IMG/VR virus record: IMGVR_UViG_3300043781_000019
From: an uncultured virus (IMG/VR IMGVR_UViG_3300043781_000019)
Taxonomy: Duplodnaviria > Heunggongvirae > Uroviricota > Caudoviricetes > Herelleviridae
DNA length: 64,000 nucleotides
Strand: one strand, 5' to 3'
The notes below the pieces were generated by a model. It searched no databases. It was not told where the DNA came from and was given only the letters and a program-made list of their open reading frames with translations. The translations under genes and the position numbers were made by a program. Shown here one piece after another: positions 46,562 through 57,910 of the stretch (the stretch's first letter is position 1; each line of letters opens with the position of its first letter).

Positions 46562-48423
46562 TTAACAATCCTCGATATTCCATTTTTATCTTTCTCAACG
46601 GTTATAACATTTTCAAACAATGGTTTTAACAACTCATTATGTGTTATAACAAATACTGTACCAATCGTTTTCTGCTTTTCCTGCATAATCTCAATAACTT
46701 TTTCAGTTCCAACTGCGTCTAACCCATCAAAGCACTCGTCATATATAGCGATATTTATTCCTGTTTCTGAATTAGAGTTTAACAAATCCTGAATTGCAAA
46801 AGATATTGCAATATCAATACGCTTCTTTTCTCCTGCTGAACAAGATTGATATGAATCTGCACCACTGGCGTTCTTAACCTGTAAATCAAACTTGTCTGCT
46901 AAAGTATTATTAGCATTTAATGTCTGGGTTGACATATAAACTTGAATGACAGATCCAGATAGCTTTGCTAAGTAATAGTTAGTATGCTCATTAAGGTAAG
47001 GTATGATTAAATCCATTGCCATTGACTGAATCCCTTGTCTGCTAAACACCTTATTAGCTAGAATACCATAATCTTCAACCTTTTTCTCTTCCGATTTCAA
47101 TTGAATGTCTAGGCTATCTAAACTTTCCTCCAGTGCCTTAATATCCTTTGAAAAATCCTGTACAGTTAGCTCCTTATCCTTTTGCTGTTTATAAAGAGTA
47201 AGCGTACTATTTAAAGAACTAATCTCATTATTTTTCTCTTTAATACTGTAGCTAATCTTGTCAACCTTGCTATCTAATAGCTGGTTATGCTTATAAATTT
47301 CTTGACTTCTGCTACTAAGGCTTGCTACCTCATTTCGCTTTTTTTCAACAATTGGTTGCAATTCCTTTAAGCTTTTAATATTATCTGCTAACTGTTTAGA
47401 CGCGTTCTTAATAAGATCAGTAAGCTTTTCGCGCTCTTGTTCTTTGTGCTGATTTGTAACAGGCTGACCACAGGTAGGACACACTTTTTGAATATCTAAA
47501 TCCTTATACTGTTTAAAGTAATCCTTAATCTTGCTCTTGCCATCAGTAACCACATAGGTAAGGTTGGCTAATTTCTGCTCATAGCTACTAATGTCTGGTA
47601 CACCGCTGGGAAGCTCAAGATGATTTTCCTTTGCATCCTCTTGTGCCTGCTCTAAATCGTTATTTAGCTTCTCTAGCTCAGCATTTTCAGAAGAAAGCTT
47701 GCGGCTTGTCTTGACTATCATAGACTCCAGGGTTTCTTGATAAGCCAAATCTTGCTTATACTTTTCCTGTGCTCTCTGCTGATAGCCTCTGGTTTGTTCA
47801 AGCTGAGATGTCTTAAGATCCTTTTCTCGTTTTAGAGTAGCAAGTGTTGATTGGTGTTCCCTTTCCTTACTAGAAGAGATGTCTCTTGCCTTAGCATAAA
47901 CAGACGTATTAGCTAGACTTTCTAAGATTTCTTTTTTGCCCTTATCTGTTGCTTGACTAAAAACAGGAATATTTCCTTGCCCATAAACAACTGTGTTTAC
48001 ATAGGTATCAAAAGGAATACTAAAGATTTTATCTATTTCTACCTGTGTCTTAGCATTTGTAGCAAGCGTAACCTCAGAGCCATTTGCAAGTAGCTTTAAC
48101 TTATTGCGATTGTTATGCTTTCCTTTCCTATAACGCTGAATCTGGTAACTTGTTGAGCCAACATAAAAGTCAAGAATGACAGAGCAAGCTGTTCCAACCT
48201 CCTTATTAATAACAGCATCTCCTGAGAGACCATCAATCGTTTGACCATAAATTGCATAGGTAATGCTGTTAAGCAGTGAAGTCTTGCCACTGCCATTGCT
48301 AACATAGTTGTTACTACTATTATTAATTCCAGAAATTAAAGTTAATCCCTGATTCTCTAAAGGAAGTTCTGCATCCTTATAGGAAAGAAAGTTGTGCAAA
48401 GTTACTTTTTTAAGCTTAATCAT
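46558..48423 (-). CDS. SbcC/Rad50-like (T4 gp46-like) ATPase
   Basis: NGSGKTS, CPTCG hook, SAGEKKR, DECFDGLD, ITH. Confidence 0.93.
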   Translation of the reverse strand: MIKLKKVTLHNFLSYKDAELPLENQGLTLISGINNSSNNYVSNGSGKTSLLNSITYAIYGQTIDGLSGDAVINKEVGTACSVILDFYVGSTSYQIQRYRKGKHNNRNKLKLLANGSEVTLATNAKTQVEIDKIFSIPFDTYVNTVVYGQGNIPVFSQATDKGKKEILESLANTSVYAKARDISSSKEREHQSTLATLKREKDLKTSQLEQTRGYQQRAQEKYKQDLAYQETLESMIVKTSRKLSSENAELEKLNNDLEQAQEDAKENHLELPSGVPDISSYEQKLANLTYVVTDGKSKIKDYFKQYKDLDIQKVCPTCGQPVTNQHKEQEREKLTDLIKNASKQLADNIKSLKELQPIVEKKRNEVASLSSRSQEIYKHNQLLDSKVDKISYSIKEKNNEISSLNSTLTLYKQQKDKELTVQDFSKDIKALEESLDSLDIQLKSEEKKVEDYGILANKVFSRQGIQSMAMDLIIPYLNEHTNYYLAKLSGSVIQVYMSTQTLNANNTLADKFDLQVKNASGADSYQSCSAGEKKRIDIAISFAIQDLLNSNSETGINIAIYDECFDGLDAVGTEKVIEIMQEKQKTIGTVFVITHNELLKPLFENVITVEKDKNGISRIVK

Positions 48424-49474
48424 TAGCGTCTCCCCCTAAAGCGCTCATAATGACGCTCTCAGCCACTTTAGACAGAGATGGATAATACTTACCCATATAA
48501 GATTCAGTAACCTTAACGGGGCTTGTATTGCTATCTATGTCCATTCTCACCTTATTGTCCACTTTTACCTTTGCTTCTAACCTAATGTTGCTTTCGGGGG
48601 CTAGTTGCTTTGCCTTGTCCTCTGGTAATTGCAGACGAACATAGTAATTCTTGAACTTTTTCTCATCTTCCTTAGACCACGAGTCTAAAGTTATAAATGG
48701 CGTGTAGTTAGCTTTGAAGAATTTCCATGATGGCTTACCATTATTAATAGTAAGAACATCATATCCCTTTTCTTGCCCTTGATCATTGAAAGTCAGCTGC
48801 ATAGTGGAACCGCCATACCACATGTTTTCAGCAAGTTTTTGCCGCAGATGAATATGCCCAACGTACACGGCATCATAAGACTCTGGGTGTAGATCAGCAA
48901 CCCCAAAGGCAAAAGCCAGTCTATGAGTACTAAGTCCCTGCTTTGCCCCATCAATACCAAGGTGAGCTACCTCAATGTTAATATCTGCATTTTCTTGTGC
49001 TGTCCGTTTGCTTTGCTCATCAAGACATTTCTTCATATTAGGAATGTCTTCACCATAGGGCATAAATTCTATATGTACTCTCTCACCGTCAACATCAATA
49101 TCTTTATATGTAGGAGTATCAATAACTGTTACATTAGGAAGCTGATTAAAAATATCAATGGACGCTGGTGAATCCATCTGATTGCTAACCGAATCATGAT
49201 TACCGCGTAAAAGAATAGTAGGAACGTTCTTATAAGAGGCAATTGTTTTGAAAACGGCGTTAATAACTCGCGTATCAACAGAGCTTCGTGCATGGAACAA
49301 GTCACCACCATGAACAACCCCATATTGATGTTCATCTGCAAACTTGAAAATATCATTAAGTGTCTCTATCTGTTGACTAAATCTGTCATTAACCAGTTTT
49401 GGATCAGGTACTGGACTTGCAAACTCAGACCATAAATGCGCATGAAAATCTGTAAAAAATAGTAATCCTTTCAT
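48416..49474 (-). CDS. SbcD/Mre11-like (T4 gp47-like) nuclease
   Basis: DFH, GDLFH, GNHD, GHIH. Confidence 0.93.
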   Translation of the reverse strand: MKGLLFFTDFHAHLWSEFASPVPDPKLVNDRFSQQIETLNDIFKFADEHQYGVVHGGDLFHARSSVDTRVINAVFKTIASYKNVPTILLRGNHDSVSNQMDSPASIDIFNQLPNVTVIDTPTYKDIDVDGERVHIEFMPYGEDIPNMKKCLDEQSKRTAQENADINIEVAHLGIDGAKQGLSTHRLAFAFGVADLHPESYDAVYVGHIHLRQKLAENMWYGGSTMQLTFNDQGQEKGYDVLTINNGKPSWKFFKANYTPFITLDSWSKEDEKKFKNYYVRLQLPEDKAKQLAPESNIRLEAKVKVDNKVRMDIDSNTSPVKVTESYMGKYYPSLSKVAESVIMSALGGDAND

Positions 49475-49537
49475 ATTTTCACCTCAATAATAATTTAACA
49501 TAAAAAAGAGGCTCTGTCAAGAGTCTCCTACATATTT

Positions 49538-50191
49538 CTATTCAAATTTTTTAATAGCTTTATCAGCCATACTATTAATGTTTGAAACGTCCGTATTGTA
49601 ATCCTCGACTTTCCAACTTCCTGTCGTCACCTTGTCCTCATAGTCTGCAATTTCAATAAGTTTCTCTTCAAGCTGATCTGGACGATTAATACGACTAGCA
49701 GAGTTGTAAAGATTGCCAAGTTCCTTGTAGTTATCTCCTAAGGCAACTAAGTCCTTTGCTAAGTCACCCCAAATTCCCTTGATTACATGTGTCTTGGCTT
49801 TAGTAATAGCAGATTTAATTTCAGCTTTAGCTGTCTTTACAAGCTCACTTTCATCATCTTCTTCTGGCATTGTATGGAGAGCGAAGCTTGGTTCATAGAT
49901 TGTCCGAATAACATGTCTTGTAGTATCTAGCAGAAATGTAATATTTTCTGTTCCCCAAAACTCAAGGCCAGAAGTATCAGGACGTCCAAAGTATTTTGCT
50001 GCGTTTAAGTTGTCTTGAACAAAGTTAGTTGGCCCTTTAGCCTTTACTCCTGGAAAGCTACGAGTTCGTAACCGTTCTTGTGCATGATACAAGAGCTTAT
50101 AAGTTGATGGGTTTCGCAATGGAGCGTGTGGATATACTTTATGCATGATTCTCTTCCTTTCAAATTTAAATATGTATAAAGTATACGGCAC
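49538..50191 (-). CDS. hypothetical protein
   Basis: Likely start MHKVY after AAAGGAAG; own promoter. Confidence 0.75.
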   Translation of the reverse strand: MPYTLYIFKFERKRIMHKVYPHAPLRNPSTYKLLYHAQERLRTRSFPGVKAKGPTNFVQDNLNAAKYFGRPDTSGLEFWGTENITFLLDTTRHVIRTIYEPSFALHTMPEEDDESELVKTAKAEIKSAITKAKTHVIKGIWGDLAKDLVALGDNYKELGNLYNSASRINRPDQLEEKLIEIADYEDKVTTGSWKVEDYNTDVSNINSMADKAIKKFE

Positions 50192-50204
50192 AGTTGTTCA
50201 TTTG

Positions 50205-51710
50205 TCAACCCTTATTCTGCCAACTTTCAATAAAATCATTGGCCTTTTTACGTTTCTCATCTAAATCTTTTTTACTAAGGCCTTCCTTTTCATAATCGCC
50301 AAACTTACTTGACTTGCCTTTTTGCAACAGTTGTAAGTGTGCTTCGTGTTCAGACTCGTTTTCTTCCCTAATTGAAACAGATTTCTTATCAATACAAAAG
50401 TACAGCATTCGGTCAACCGTTGTTTCAGGGTTACGTATCTTATCAATGTAAAGGCGCATGTAACCATTGTCGAACTCATCTTGGCTCTGGTTCATTGTCA
50501 AAGAAAGCTCTACAGTATTAAGTTTCTGCTTTGACCCTTCAATGGAATAAGCATTTGCAATTTCTTGATCAACCACAGTTCTGTTGGTCTGAGAAGCAAC
50601 CCATGTTACCATATTGTACTGTCCAGCAATACGCCTAATAGCCTCATACAGCATCCCAACTGCACGGAATTCATTAATTCCCTCTTTCAGAAATGGGTTG
50701 TCCATTAATTCTGGATAGTCAATAAACAAAGCATCTGGGTAATGACCCCGCTTAAGTGCATACTGCTGAATTATCTTTTCAATACCAGCAGGGGAAATGG
50801 TTTGGGGGTTTGATGTAACAATGTCAAGGTCTCCAATTAGTCCTTGCTTTTTAGCTTCATAAAAGGCCTTTAACTGCAACTTTATCTTAGCTTCATTAAT
50901 ATTACCTTCTGAGTCTTTAATGTCACTCATTCCTTGATTTGAAACCATACGAAATTCTCGTGTTGCAAGACGACCAACTTTTTCTTCTAGGGCAACATAT
51001 AAAACATTCTTCCTAGAATTAACGGCGTATCTTTTTGCAACATTAATCATAAAGTTACTTTTACCACGTCCAAAAGGTGCAATGATAAGGCCTAGCTCAC
51101 CAGCAGCCAAGCCACCACCAAGCATGGTATCTAAATGTTGCCAGCCAAAAGGAATTGTTTTACTCCTAACATCCTTCATACTTGAGACAACGTTGTCAAT
51201 ATCGTTTTCGTCAAAAAGAGATACCCAACCGGTAACTCCTGACATAGATCCAGCTGACATGGCATCATTAAGCCCACTCATGATTCTTTGGATAACTTCT
51301 GGTGACCCCACATCTGGACTCTTAGATAACTCCCTTACCAAAACGGAAGTTGCCATTTGATTTCTAGACCAAGAATCTATCTGATCCTTTATCTCTTGGT
51401 CATTAGCATAATTTTCCCTTTGCGAATAGCTAGATACCTCTTTAGCCTGTTCCATAAAGGTATCCACATTATCTGAGTTGTCTTTACGACCTCGCTTTAA
51501 AAAATTAATTAATGCTGTCTGTAAGGCAGACACACTCATGGGATCACTATATTTTCGATAATGGTTTCTTATTTCAATAGCTACCTGCTTGTAGTCACCA
51601 TACATTTCTTCTGTGCAAGGTATCTTGCCAAAAACATTAGATGCATAGTCAGGATCTGCTAATGCCCTATAAAGAACCTGCTTAACTAAAGGTGCATCTT
51701 CCTCTCTCAA
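50205..51710 (-). CDS. DnaB-like replicative helicase
   Basis: GGLAAGEL..APFGRGKS, IDYPELM, ASQTNR, DKIR. Confidence 0.9.
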   Translation of the reverse strand: MREEDAPLVKQVLYRALADPDYASNVFGKIPCTEEMYGDYKQVAIEIRNHYRKYSDPMSVSALQTALINFLKRGRKDNSDNVDTFMEQAKEVSSYSQRENYANDQEIKDQIDSWSRNQMATSVLVRELSKSPDVGSPEVIQRIMSGLNDAMSAGSMSGVTGWVSLFDENDIDNVVSSMKDVRSKTIPFGWQHLDTMLGGGLAAGELGLIIAPFGRGKSNFMINVAKRYAVNSRKNVLYVALEEKVGRLATREFRMVSNQGMSDIKDSEGNINEAKIKLQLKAFYEAKKQGLIGDLDIVTSNPQTISPAGIEKIIQQYALKRGHYPDALFIDYPELMDNPFLKEGINEFRAVGMLYEAIRRIAGQYNMVTWVASQTNRTVVDQEIANAYSIEGSKQKLNTVELSLTMNQSQDEFDNGYMRLYIDKIRNPETTVDRMLYFCIDKKSVSIREENESEHEAHLQLLQKGKSSKFGDYEKEGLSKKDLDEKRKKANDFIESWQNKG

Positions 51711-52429
51711 TTAAATCGTCCCTTCTCTTCTAACATTTTCCTAATGTTCTTTTGCTGACTACTTGGTATCTTAGTAAAAGGGCTGCTTTTAATCCTAAAG
51801 TTACTTCTAATAGCCTCAAGATAACTAGTAACACCCTTAGTTGATATAACAGGTTCTTGAATTGCCTGAATTGCTATTGGTATTGTAACGCCTTCTAACA
51901 ACTTACCAATCTTAATTGTCCAATAAGGGTTTAGCTCTAACCCGTATAAACTACTAGGAATCCAAGAGTTTTCCGCGTAAAGAATGGCTAAACTATATGC
52001 TATGCAAGGTAAGCTTACATATCTGTTACAAGGATCATATTTATTGGCCCTATCAATAGCTTGCTTAGCCAACTTAATAATCTTTGCATTCTTGATCATC
52101 TTAAGTGTTACCCTTCCATAAGACTCATTTACTTCTTTTATGTAAAAAATCTCGCTTACGTAAACTAGTATAGAGTATTCTGGCTCAGAGTTAGCTGTTA
52201 AGTACAGGTATACCTGCAATAGATCATAAAATGCTGTTCCTTGAATTGGGAAGTTAAGCTTACTTGGCCTCTTGGTATGATTAAACTTTTCATCGTTAGC
52301 TTGTAAAACCAAAAGCAATTTATAGGTTCCCACAAGGTCATCTATAGTGTAACCTTTATACCTAGCATATGTCAATAAGGGCGCAAGCTTAATCTCCAAC
52401 ACGCTTGATTTCAAATTCCTGCTCTTCAT
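51707..52429 (-). CDS. hypothetical replication-module protein (between the helicases)
   Basis: Synteny only. Confidence 0.6.
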   Translation of the reverse strand: MKSRNLKSSVLEIKLAPLLTYARYKGYTIDDLVGTYKLLLVLQANDEKFNHTKRPSKLNFPIQGTAFYDLLQVYLYLTANSEPEYSILVYVSEIFYIKEVNESYGRVTLKMIKNAKIIKLAKQAIDRANKYDPCNRYVSLPCIAYSLAILYAENSWIPSSLYGLELNPYWTIKIGKLLEGVTIPIAIQAIQEPVISTKGVTSYLEAIRSNFRIKSSPFTKIPSSQQKNIRKMLEEKGRFN

Positions 52430-54137
52430 ATATGTCTAACCGTTCCTGAGAGTGATTACGTAAAATCCTATTCGTATCATCATAGAAGTCAAATATTGTC
52501 GCCTTATTTTCCTTATTTTCCTTTTTACGTAGAACACGCCCAACTCTTTGAATAGCTTGTCGCATTGATTTACCACCAGCAGCCATAATAAGAACATCAA
52601 TGTTGGAAATATCAACACCCTCATCAAGAACAGAAGTAGCAATAAGAACTCTTGTATGACCAGTCTTTACTCGATTAAGCTCACTTTTTCTATCATCGTC
52701 CTCTTGAGTACCATTAATCACTTCATATGGAACACCTAGGTCTTGCAAATTATTTGATATGTTATCAGAATGTGCTATCTGAGACACGATGATTAAAGTC
52801 GTTTTGCCACTGTCATAACTTTGCTTAGCTAATCCTGCAATTAATGAGTTTCGGTATTCATTCTCAACAATACCTGCTTTATAAATATCTTGCCATTTTT
52901 TTAATCCTACAATATCACCAGGAGATTCAACGTTAGCCATAATAATAGTTGGCTTTGCTAGTAATCCCTCATCAATTAGCTTCTTTGCCTTAAGCTTAGC
53001 TATAATTCCCCCAAACACTCCCTGTAGTCTAGCCCATGTAAGCTTGTCATCTTGATCTATGGACCCCGATAGCCCGACTTTGTAAACAGCATTCCTACAG
53101 GATAGTAGCACATTGTACCAAGTATCAGCACGAGAATGGTGGCATTCGTCTGCTATAAACATAACAAAGGAATCAAGTAGATCCTCTATAAACTTCTTCT
53201 TGTCTACCTTTTCTTTAGCTTTTTTATAAACAATTTTATTATACTCTTCAAGTTTCTGGTTAAAGGCCCTTACAACATCCTCATTAGAGCCACAAGAGTA
53301 TAAAATGTCTTCAAGGGTTTCCTTTGTTTTATAATCAACTTTCTTAATAGGTCTAAACATTCTAACAAATGACTTTAGCTCTGCATATGGGTTAACTGTA
53401 TGTATAAACTTTTCCCTGTAGTCTATTGCCATCTTCTGAATTTGACGTTCCTTAGGCGAATAGCTAAGCCCCTTTGTTGGCTCAATTTTAAGATAAGAGT
53501 CAACAGTTGGTATCATGCACACCATAACCTTAGCTATTTTCTTCTTACCCCCACCTAAGTAACCAATCTTCATGCCTAGCAGTTTCTCTAAGTTTTCCTT
53601 ATTCTGCCTAAAAATTTCTTTATTATTAGTAAACATTGCAATTCGTTCATCAGACTTAAGACTTGGCAAAAGAGCCTTAATTGCTGCTGCGCCTACACCA
53701 GTTTTACCAGTTCCTGTGCCATAATTAACAATACCACCATGTCCACTTGAAAATATCTTGTTAACAGCATTCTCTTGATAGTCACGCAGTTTAAACTTAC
53801 CTTTTTCAAGCGTGTAAGCATCCCTTATGTTTTCCTCATTAGCAAAAGAATCTGGACGATTATCAACTACCTGATAAGTAAACTCCCACAAGAACCTAAC
53901 CTTATCCAAAACTAGTGTTGCACGATTAATCAATCCTGATGCAAAAGAATGACTTTTCTTGTCATAAAAGTGGGACTTTCCATCCCACCTACCGCTACGA
54001 ACTGATGGTGAAAACTGTGCCCCTGGAATATCTTCCGAAAGTTCATCATATAAATACTCGTCTATTCTATCCTTAAGTTTCTGTGGCTCTCCGTCAAACA
54101 CCACAGTAGCTATTGTGTTATCCTGAATTATTTTCAC
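52389..54137 (-). CDS. SF2 DNA helicase (UvsW-like)
   Basis: LRDYQ, TGTGKT, DECH, SGS, QRVGRVLR. Confidence 0.93.
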   Translation of the reverse strand: MKIIQDNTIATVVFDGEPQKLKDRIDEYLYDELSEDIPGAQFSPSVRSGRWDGKSHFYDKKSHSFASGLINRATLVLDKVRFLWEFTYQVVDNRPDSFANEENIRDAYTLEKGKFKLRDYQENAVNKIFSSGHGGIVNYGTGTGKTGVGAAAIKALLPSLKSDERIAMFTNNKEIFRQNKENLEKLLGMKIGYLGGGKKKIAKVMVCMIPTVDSYLKIEPTKGLSYSPKERQIQKMAIDYREKFIHTVNPYAELKSFVRMFRPIKKVDYKTKETLEDILYSCGSNEDVVRAFNQKLEEYNKIVYKKAKEKVDKKKFIEDLLDSFVMFIADECHHSRADTWYNVLLSCRNAVYKVGLSGSIDQDDKLTWARLQGVFGGIIAKLKAKKLIDEGLLAKPTIIMANVESPGDIVGLKKWQDIYKAGIVENEYRNSLIAGLAKQSYDSGKTTLIIVSQIAHSDNISNNLQDLGVPYEVINGTQEDDDRKSELNRVKTGHTRVLIATSVLDEGVDISNIDVLIMAAGGKSMRQAIQRVGRVLRKKENKENKATIFDFYDDTNRILRNHSQERLDIYEEQEFEIKRVGD

Positions 54138-54325
54138 TTATTATCTAACCTTTTTAAAATTTTGTTTAGTAACTCATTGTTTTCCTTAACCAACTCAAAC
54201 AGTTTTTTAATACCGCCATTTTTTGACAGCTCATACAATTCCCTTTCTGATTTGTCACTCTCTGTTGGGATAAATACTTGAGCCACAGGAATACCTCGGC
54301 GTGTAATCTCTTCTTTTTTAGACAA
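54134..54325 (-). CDS. small coiled-coil protein following the adsorption protein
   Basis: AQVFIPTE motif, TTG start with GAGGTG RBS. Confidence 0.7.
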   Translation of the reverse strand: MSKKEEITRRGIPVAQVFIPTESDKSERELYELSKNGGIKKLFELVKENNELLNKILKRLDNK

Positions 54326-54372
54326 AAAATCACCTCTATGTTTATAGTAACACAGAGATGAAATTAATGCAA

Positions 54373-57300
54373 CTATTCATTTGTTAAAGCAACAGTTACT
54401 TGATCCACAGAAGGCCTTTGATACGGATTAGCTGTAGTAAGCTTAAAATGAAGCTTAAACGACTTCTGTGTTGAACTAAGGGTTTCTGTATAGTGTACGT
54501 TAGTCCATTCAGTTGAAACCTGTGTTGTCGTTGGGGTAGACTTGAAGTTAATCCAAGTAGCTCCCTTATCCAAGGAATATTGGGGAACAACGGCAGATTG
54601 TCCAGGCAGGTTAACAGGATAGTCTAGCGAAATTGTATTAAATGGTGAAGCGTCCATTGGAACGTTAACGGATACATAATCTCCCCTGAGACCCGTTGTA
54701 AATGCGCCAAACTGTAAATCATCAAGTGACATTAAAGGCGAAATATATTCATTTGCTGTAAAAGTAGCACGAAGCTGAACAGCCTTTGCAACACCACCCG
54801 CATCAGTCTTAGTATAGCTTGAAAGCGCCTTGTATGGCTGACTTGTAATATCACCGGTAGAACCATCATACAAAATTCTATATTCCCATGTGCAGCCTGT
54901 GTTATCTGGTGTTAGATAACTTGCAAATAGTACAAACTCATCTAAGTTCAAGTTAACAAAAGGATCAAACTCCATCGTTGCTGTTGGGTTATACTTAGCT
55001 GCGTTTACTACAAACTTTAGGTCAGCCGATTGATCTGGGGTCCATGTCTGCCCATTAGAAGATAAGAATAATACCCCTTCTTGATATGGTTGACCAACTA
55101 CCTTAGTATTAGTCCCTATTAAATTACTACCGCTACGAGCAACAGCTAAGGTGTAGTCAGCTGATGATGATCCCACCACTATAACGTATGATGATCCTGG
55201 GGTTGTCATAACTGGGTCGTCAAAAGCAACTTTAGTAACTGCGCTAGCATCACTCGAAACGTTAACCTGAGCTGGTGTTAACACCTGTGTTGCATACACA
55301 ATGTTATTAGGCATACCGGTATCAGACATGCCCCTAACTGTTATGGTAACATTATTTTTAGTTGATTTAGAACCAAAATACAAGTATATGCTTGTTAGCT
55401 GACGTGCATCTAGCGTCTGGAAGGACTGGCCAAGTGGGTCAACTAAATGTGCTGTCACATATGTTTGAATAATTGTATCTGTTGTTACTTTATTAATGCC
55501 TTGAGCTACATAAGTAGTTTCTGCACTGCTACCATCACTGTCCAGAATGACAGCAACTTTACCACATAAAACATTATCTGGGATTTGGAATGACCCCTTA
55601 GCAACACCATTACTATCTGCCATAATAGAACCAGATACAGTAGATCCAGCATGGTATCCTTGAGCAGGCACTATACTAGTAATAATATTGTTAAATCTTA
55701 GAATCAGATTGTCTTGGTTAGGTTTTAACCCATTTGCCACAAACGTGATTGTTTGTTTTCGCATATACTGAATTTGCTGGTCAGTTGTTGTCGTACCACC
55801 TGACTGTGTAATAGTACCGTGCAAGTCGTTAAACTGATCACGACTAATGCCAATATTCCAATAAGCGATGCCTTCTGTTATAGCCTTTGAGGTGTCATCC
55901 CACTGAGTCTTTTGGTTATAGTAATTTTCACTAGCGTCTGCTGCTTTTCCTAAATCCTTGTGAACCCACCAACGGTCAGTATTATAGGTCTGATACTTGG
56001 TCTGGTATACCTGAGTATTGGTATTATCAACCCAATTGTCCGCACTAGGCGTGATGGTTAAAGACCCTTCCTCCTTACTGTTAGAGAAGGGAACAACACT
56101 CATAAATTCTGTTGCTTGCAACTGCTGTACGACTGGAAATTCAGTAAATGGTGCAGAAATTAATCTTCCCCAAACATGAGCAGTTGAACTATCACCAATA
56201 AGGTGAGCTTGGTGTGGGTCCTCTGCATCTCTAGGGAGTGTTATGCGACCATCATCAAAACTGAACATAACATTGGCTTTAAACCCGTCAGTTGCCGTCC
56301 CTCTGCTGTCATAGGATTCATCAAATCTATCCAAAGTAACAAAAGCATCTGTAAATACCCCACGCAGTGTCACAGGTGTATGGTTCTGGATAGTCTGATT
56401 GTCTAATGACATCTGCGCTTCATTATATTCTAGATTTTGAACTCTTGCAATTGTTTTTTGCATTTTTTCCATTGTTACGTTTGTAACAGCATCGGTTAAA
56501 ACGGAACCTGTGTCAGAATTAGGATACAACTTAGCAGCACCAATGCGTAACGTAAATGGATCATTAAACTCTGGTTCGCCTACTAAGTCAGCACGTGCTG
56601 GTTGTCCCTTATGAATAACAAAGTCGCCATCTTTATTAAGCGTAATAATATCTATTCGTGCCCAATAAATATCATAGTTAATAGTAATGTATCCTTGATC
56701 CTTTGGCACATATGCTGCTGTATTTCCACTTCCCTTAGCACCAGCAAAACTGATTGTAGAGATGCCATTAACATCTTTGCTTACTGTAGCTGTGTAGTCA
56801 ACACCGCCACCCGTTAGTACTTTATTATACGTTGCAGTAACAACATAGCTTGAGTTAACAGCTGGTTCCTGCCCTGTTGGGAAACTCCAGTCTACTGAAT
56901 TACCAGACACTCTGTAATCAGTACCTTCAGCAAAGGTTCTTCCACTTGTACCTTCTGTATAGACCTTATCAACACTAATCAAGTTGTTAACAATAAAGTC
57001 TGTCCCGTCTTGGGAACCGTGCGTAATCGTAAAGTTCTGCTGAATCTGTGCAGATACCTGATTAACAGCCTTCACATTAGGAACAGCCAAACTATACACG
57101 TTTGTGCCCTTATGATATACATGCTGTTCAGACGTAATTGTTTCTGTCTCTGTTGACTTGTCAAGAGCTAACCTTGTTGGGTTAGGTTTGCTTACTTCGT
57201 AGCCTTGTACAAATGCAATACCAGGCTGAATATTAAGGGTCACTTTAGTTGTATCATCTGTATCTGGAGAGAGCGTCATAAGGAATCCAGTTTCCTTACC

Positions 57301-57894
57301 CGTTGTAGCGCCCACTCTATAGTTACCATTTGTTTCAAAAGTGCGCCTTGCCATAATATCTTGTACTTGTGATAACTGATTATTTAAATTCTGCCGATAT
57401 AGCACCGCATCTTTAAATGTGTAAATAGTCGCTGCGGTACTATCATTAACAGTCAAAACGACTGTCTCTTTAAGCCTATCTGCCCCTGATGATCCAGCAC
57501 TAGGTACATCTTGTGTGGGATCATTAAGCGAGCTATCATCAGAAGCTTTAACAATACTCTGTGAAATCTTAACCCCGACAGTCTCCATACCTGTTCCTGT
57601 TAAAGTTACTGTCTGTCCACTATAACTTCTAACCTTACCAGCTAGATAAACAGAACCAGAATTAACAGTTATGTTGTTGCCATCTTGTGTGTAGCCCATA
57701 CCCGATTGAATATCACCATCACGCATAACGCTGTCCCCTAAGGCACCAATATAGTGTCCTAAGGTTGACTGTAGCTCATTAAGCTCTCTCTGTTGTAATG
57801 GCCTGTCAGGATTGAACAGTAACATTGTCCAATCCTTAGTAGCGTCATACCTATCAAAGTATGGGGTTGTTGTTATATCTATTTCGTCTGCCAT
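54373..57894 (-). CDS. large adsorption-associated baseplate/tail protein (DUF4815-like)
   Basis: PYFDRY..LFNPDRPLQQRELNELQS, GADRL, ARRTFETNGNY, DPLGQSF. Confidence 0.88.
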   Translation of the reverse strand: MADEIDITTTPYFDRYDATKDWTMLLFNPDRPLQQRELNELQSTLGHYIGALGDSVMRDGDIQSGMGYTQDGNNITVNSGSVYLAGKVRSYSGQTVTLTGTGMETVGVKISQSIVKASDDSSLNDPTQDVPSAGSSGADRLKETVVLTVNDSTAATIYTFKDAVLYRQNLNNQLSQVQDIMARRTFETNGNYRVGATTGKETGFLMTLSPDTDDTTKVTLNIQPGIAFVQGYEVSKPNPTRLALDKSTETETITSEQHVYHKGTNVYSLAVPNVKAVNQVSAQIQQNFTITHGSQDGTDFIVNNLISVDKVYTEGTSGRTFAEGTDYRVSGNSVDWSFPTGQEPAVNSSYVVTATYNKVLTGGGVDYTATVSKDVNGISTISFAGAKGSGNTAAYVPKDQGYITINYDIYWARIDIITLNKDGDFVIHKGQPARADLVGEPEFNDPFTLRIGAAKLYPNSDTGSVLTDAVTNVTMEKMQKTIARVQNLEYNEAQMSLDNQTIQNHTPVTLRGVFTDAFVTLDRFDESYDSRGTATDGFKANVMFSFDDGRITLPRDAEDPHQAHLIGDSSTAHVWGRLISAPFTEFPVVQQLQATEFMSVVPFSNSKEEGSLTITPSADNWVDNTNTQVYQTKYQTYNTDRWWVHKDLGKAADASENYYNQKTQWDDTSKAITEGIAYWNIGISRDQFNDLHGTITQSGGTTTTDQQIQYMRKQTITFVANGLKPNQDNLILRFNNIITSIVPAQGYHAGSTVSGSIMADSNGVAKGSFQIPDNVLCGKVAVILDSDGSSAETTYVAQGINKVTTDTIIQTYVTAHLVDPLGQSFQTLDARQLTSIYLYFGSKSTKNNVTITVRGMSDTGMPNNIVYATQVLTPAQVNVSSDASAVTKVAFDDPVMTTPGSSYVIVVGSSSADYTLAVARSGSNLIGTNTKVVGQPYQEGVLFLSSNGQTWTPDQSADLKFVVNAAKYNPTATMEFDPFVNLNLDEFVLFASYLTPDNTGCTWEYRILYDGSTGDITSQPYKALSSYTKTDAGGVAKAVQLRATFTANEYISPLMSLDDLQFGAFTTGLRGDYVSVNVPMDASPFNTISLDYPVNLPGQSAVVPQYSLDKGATWINFKSTPTTTQVSTEWTNVHYTETLSSTQKSFKLHFKLTTANPYQRPSVDQVTVALTNE

Positions 57895-57910
57895 TTATAT
57901 TGCCTTTCTT

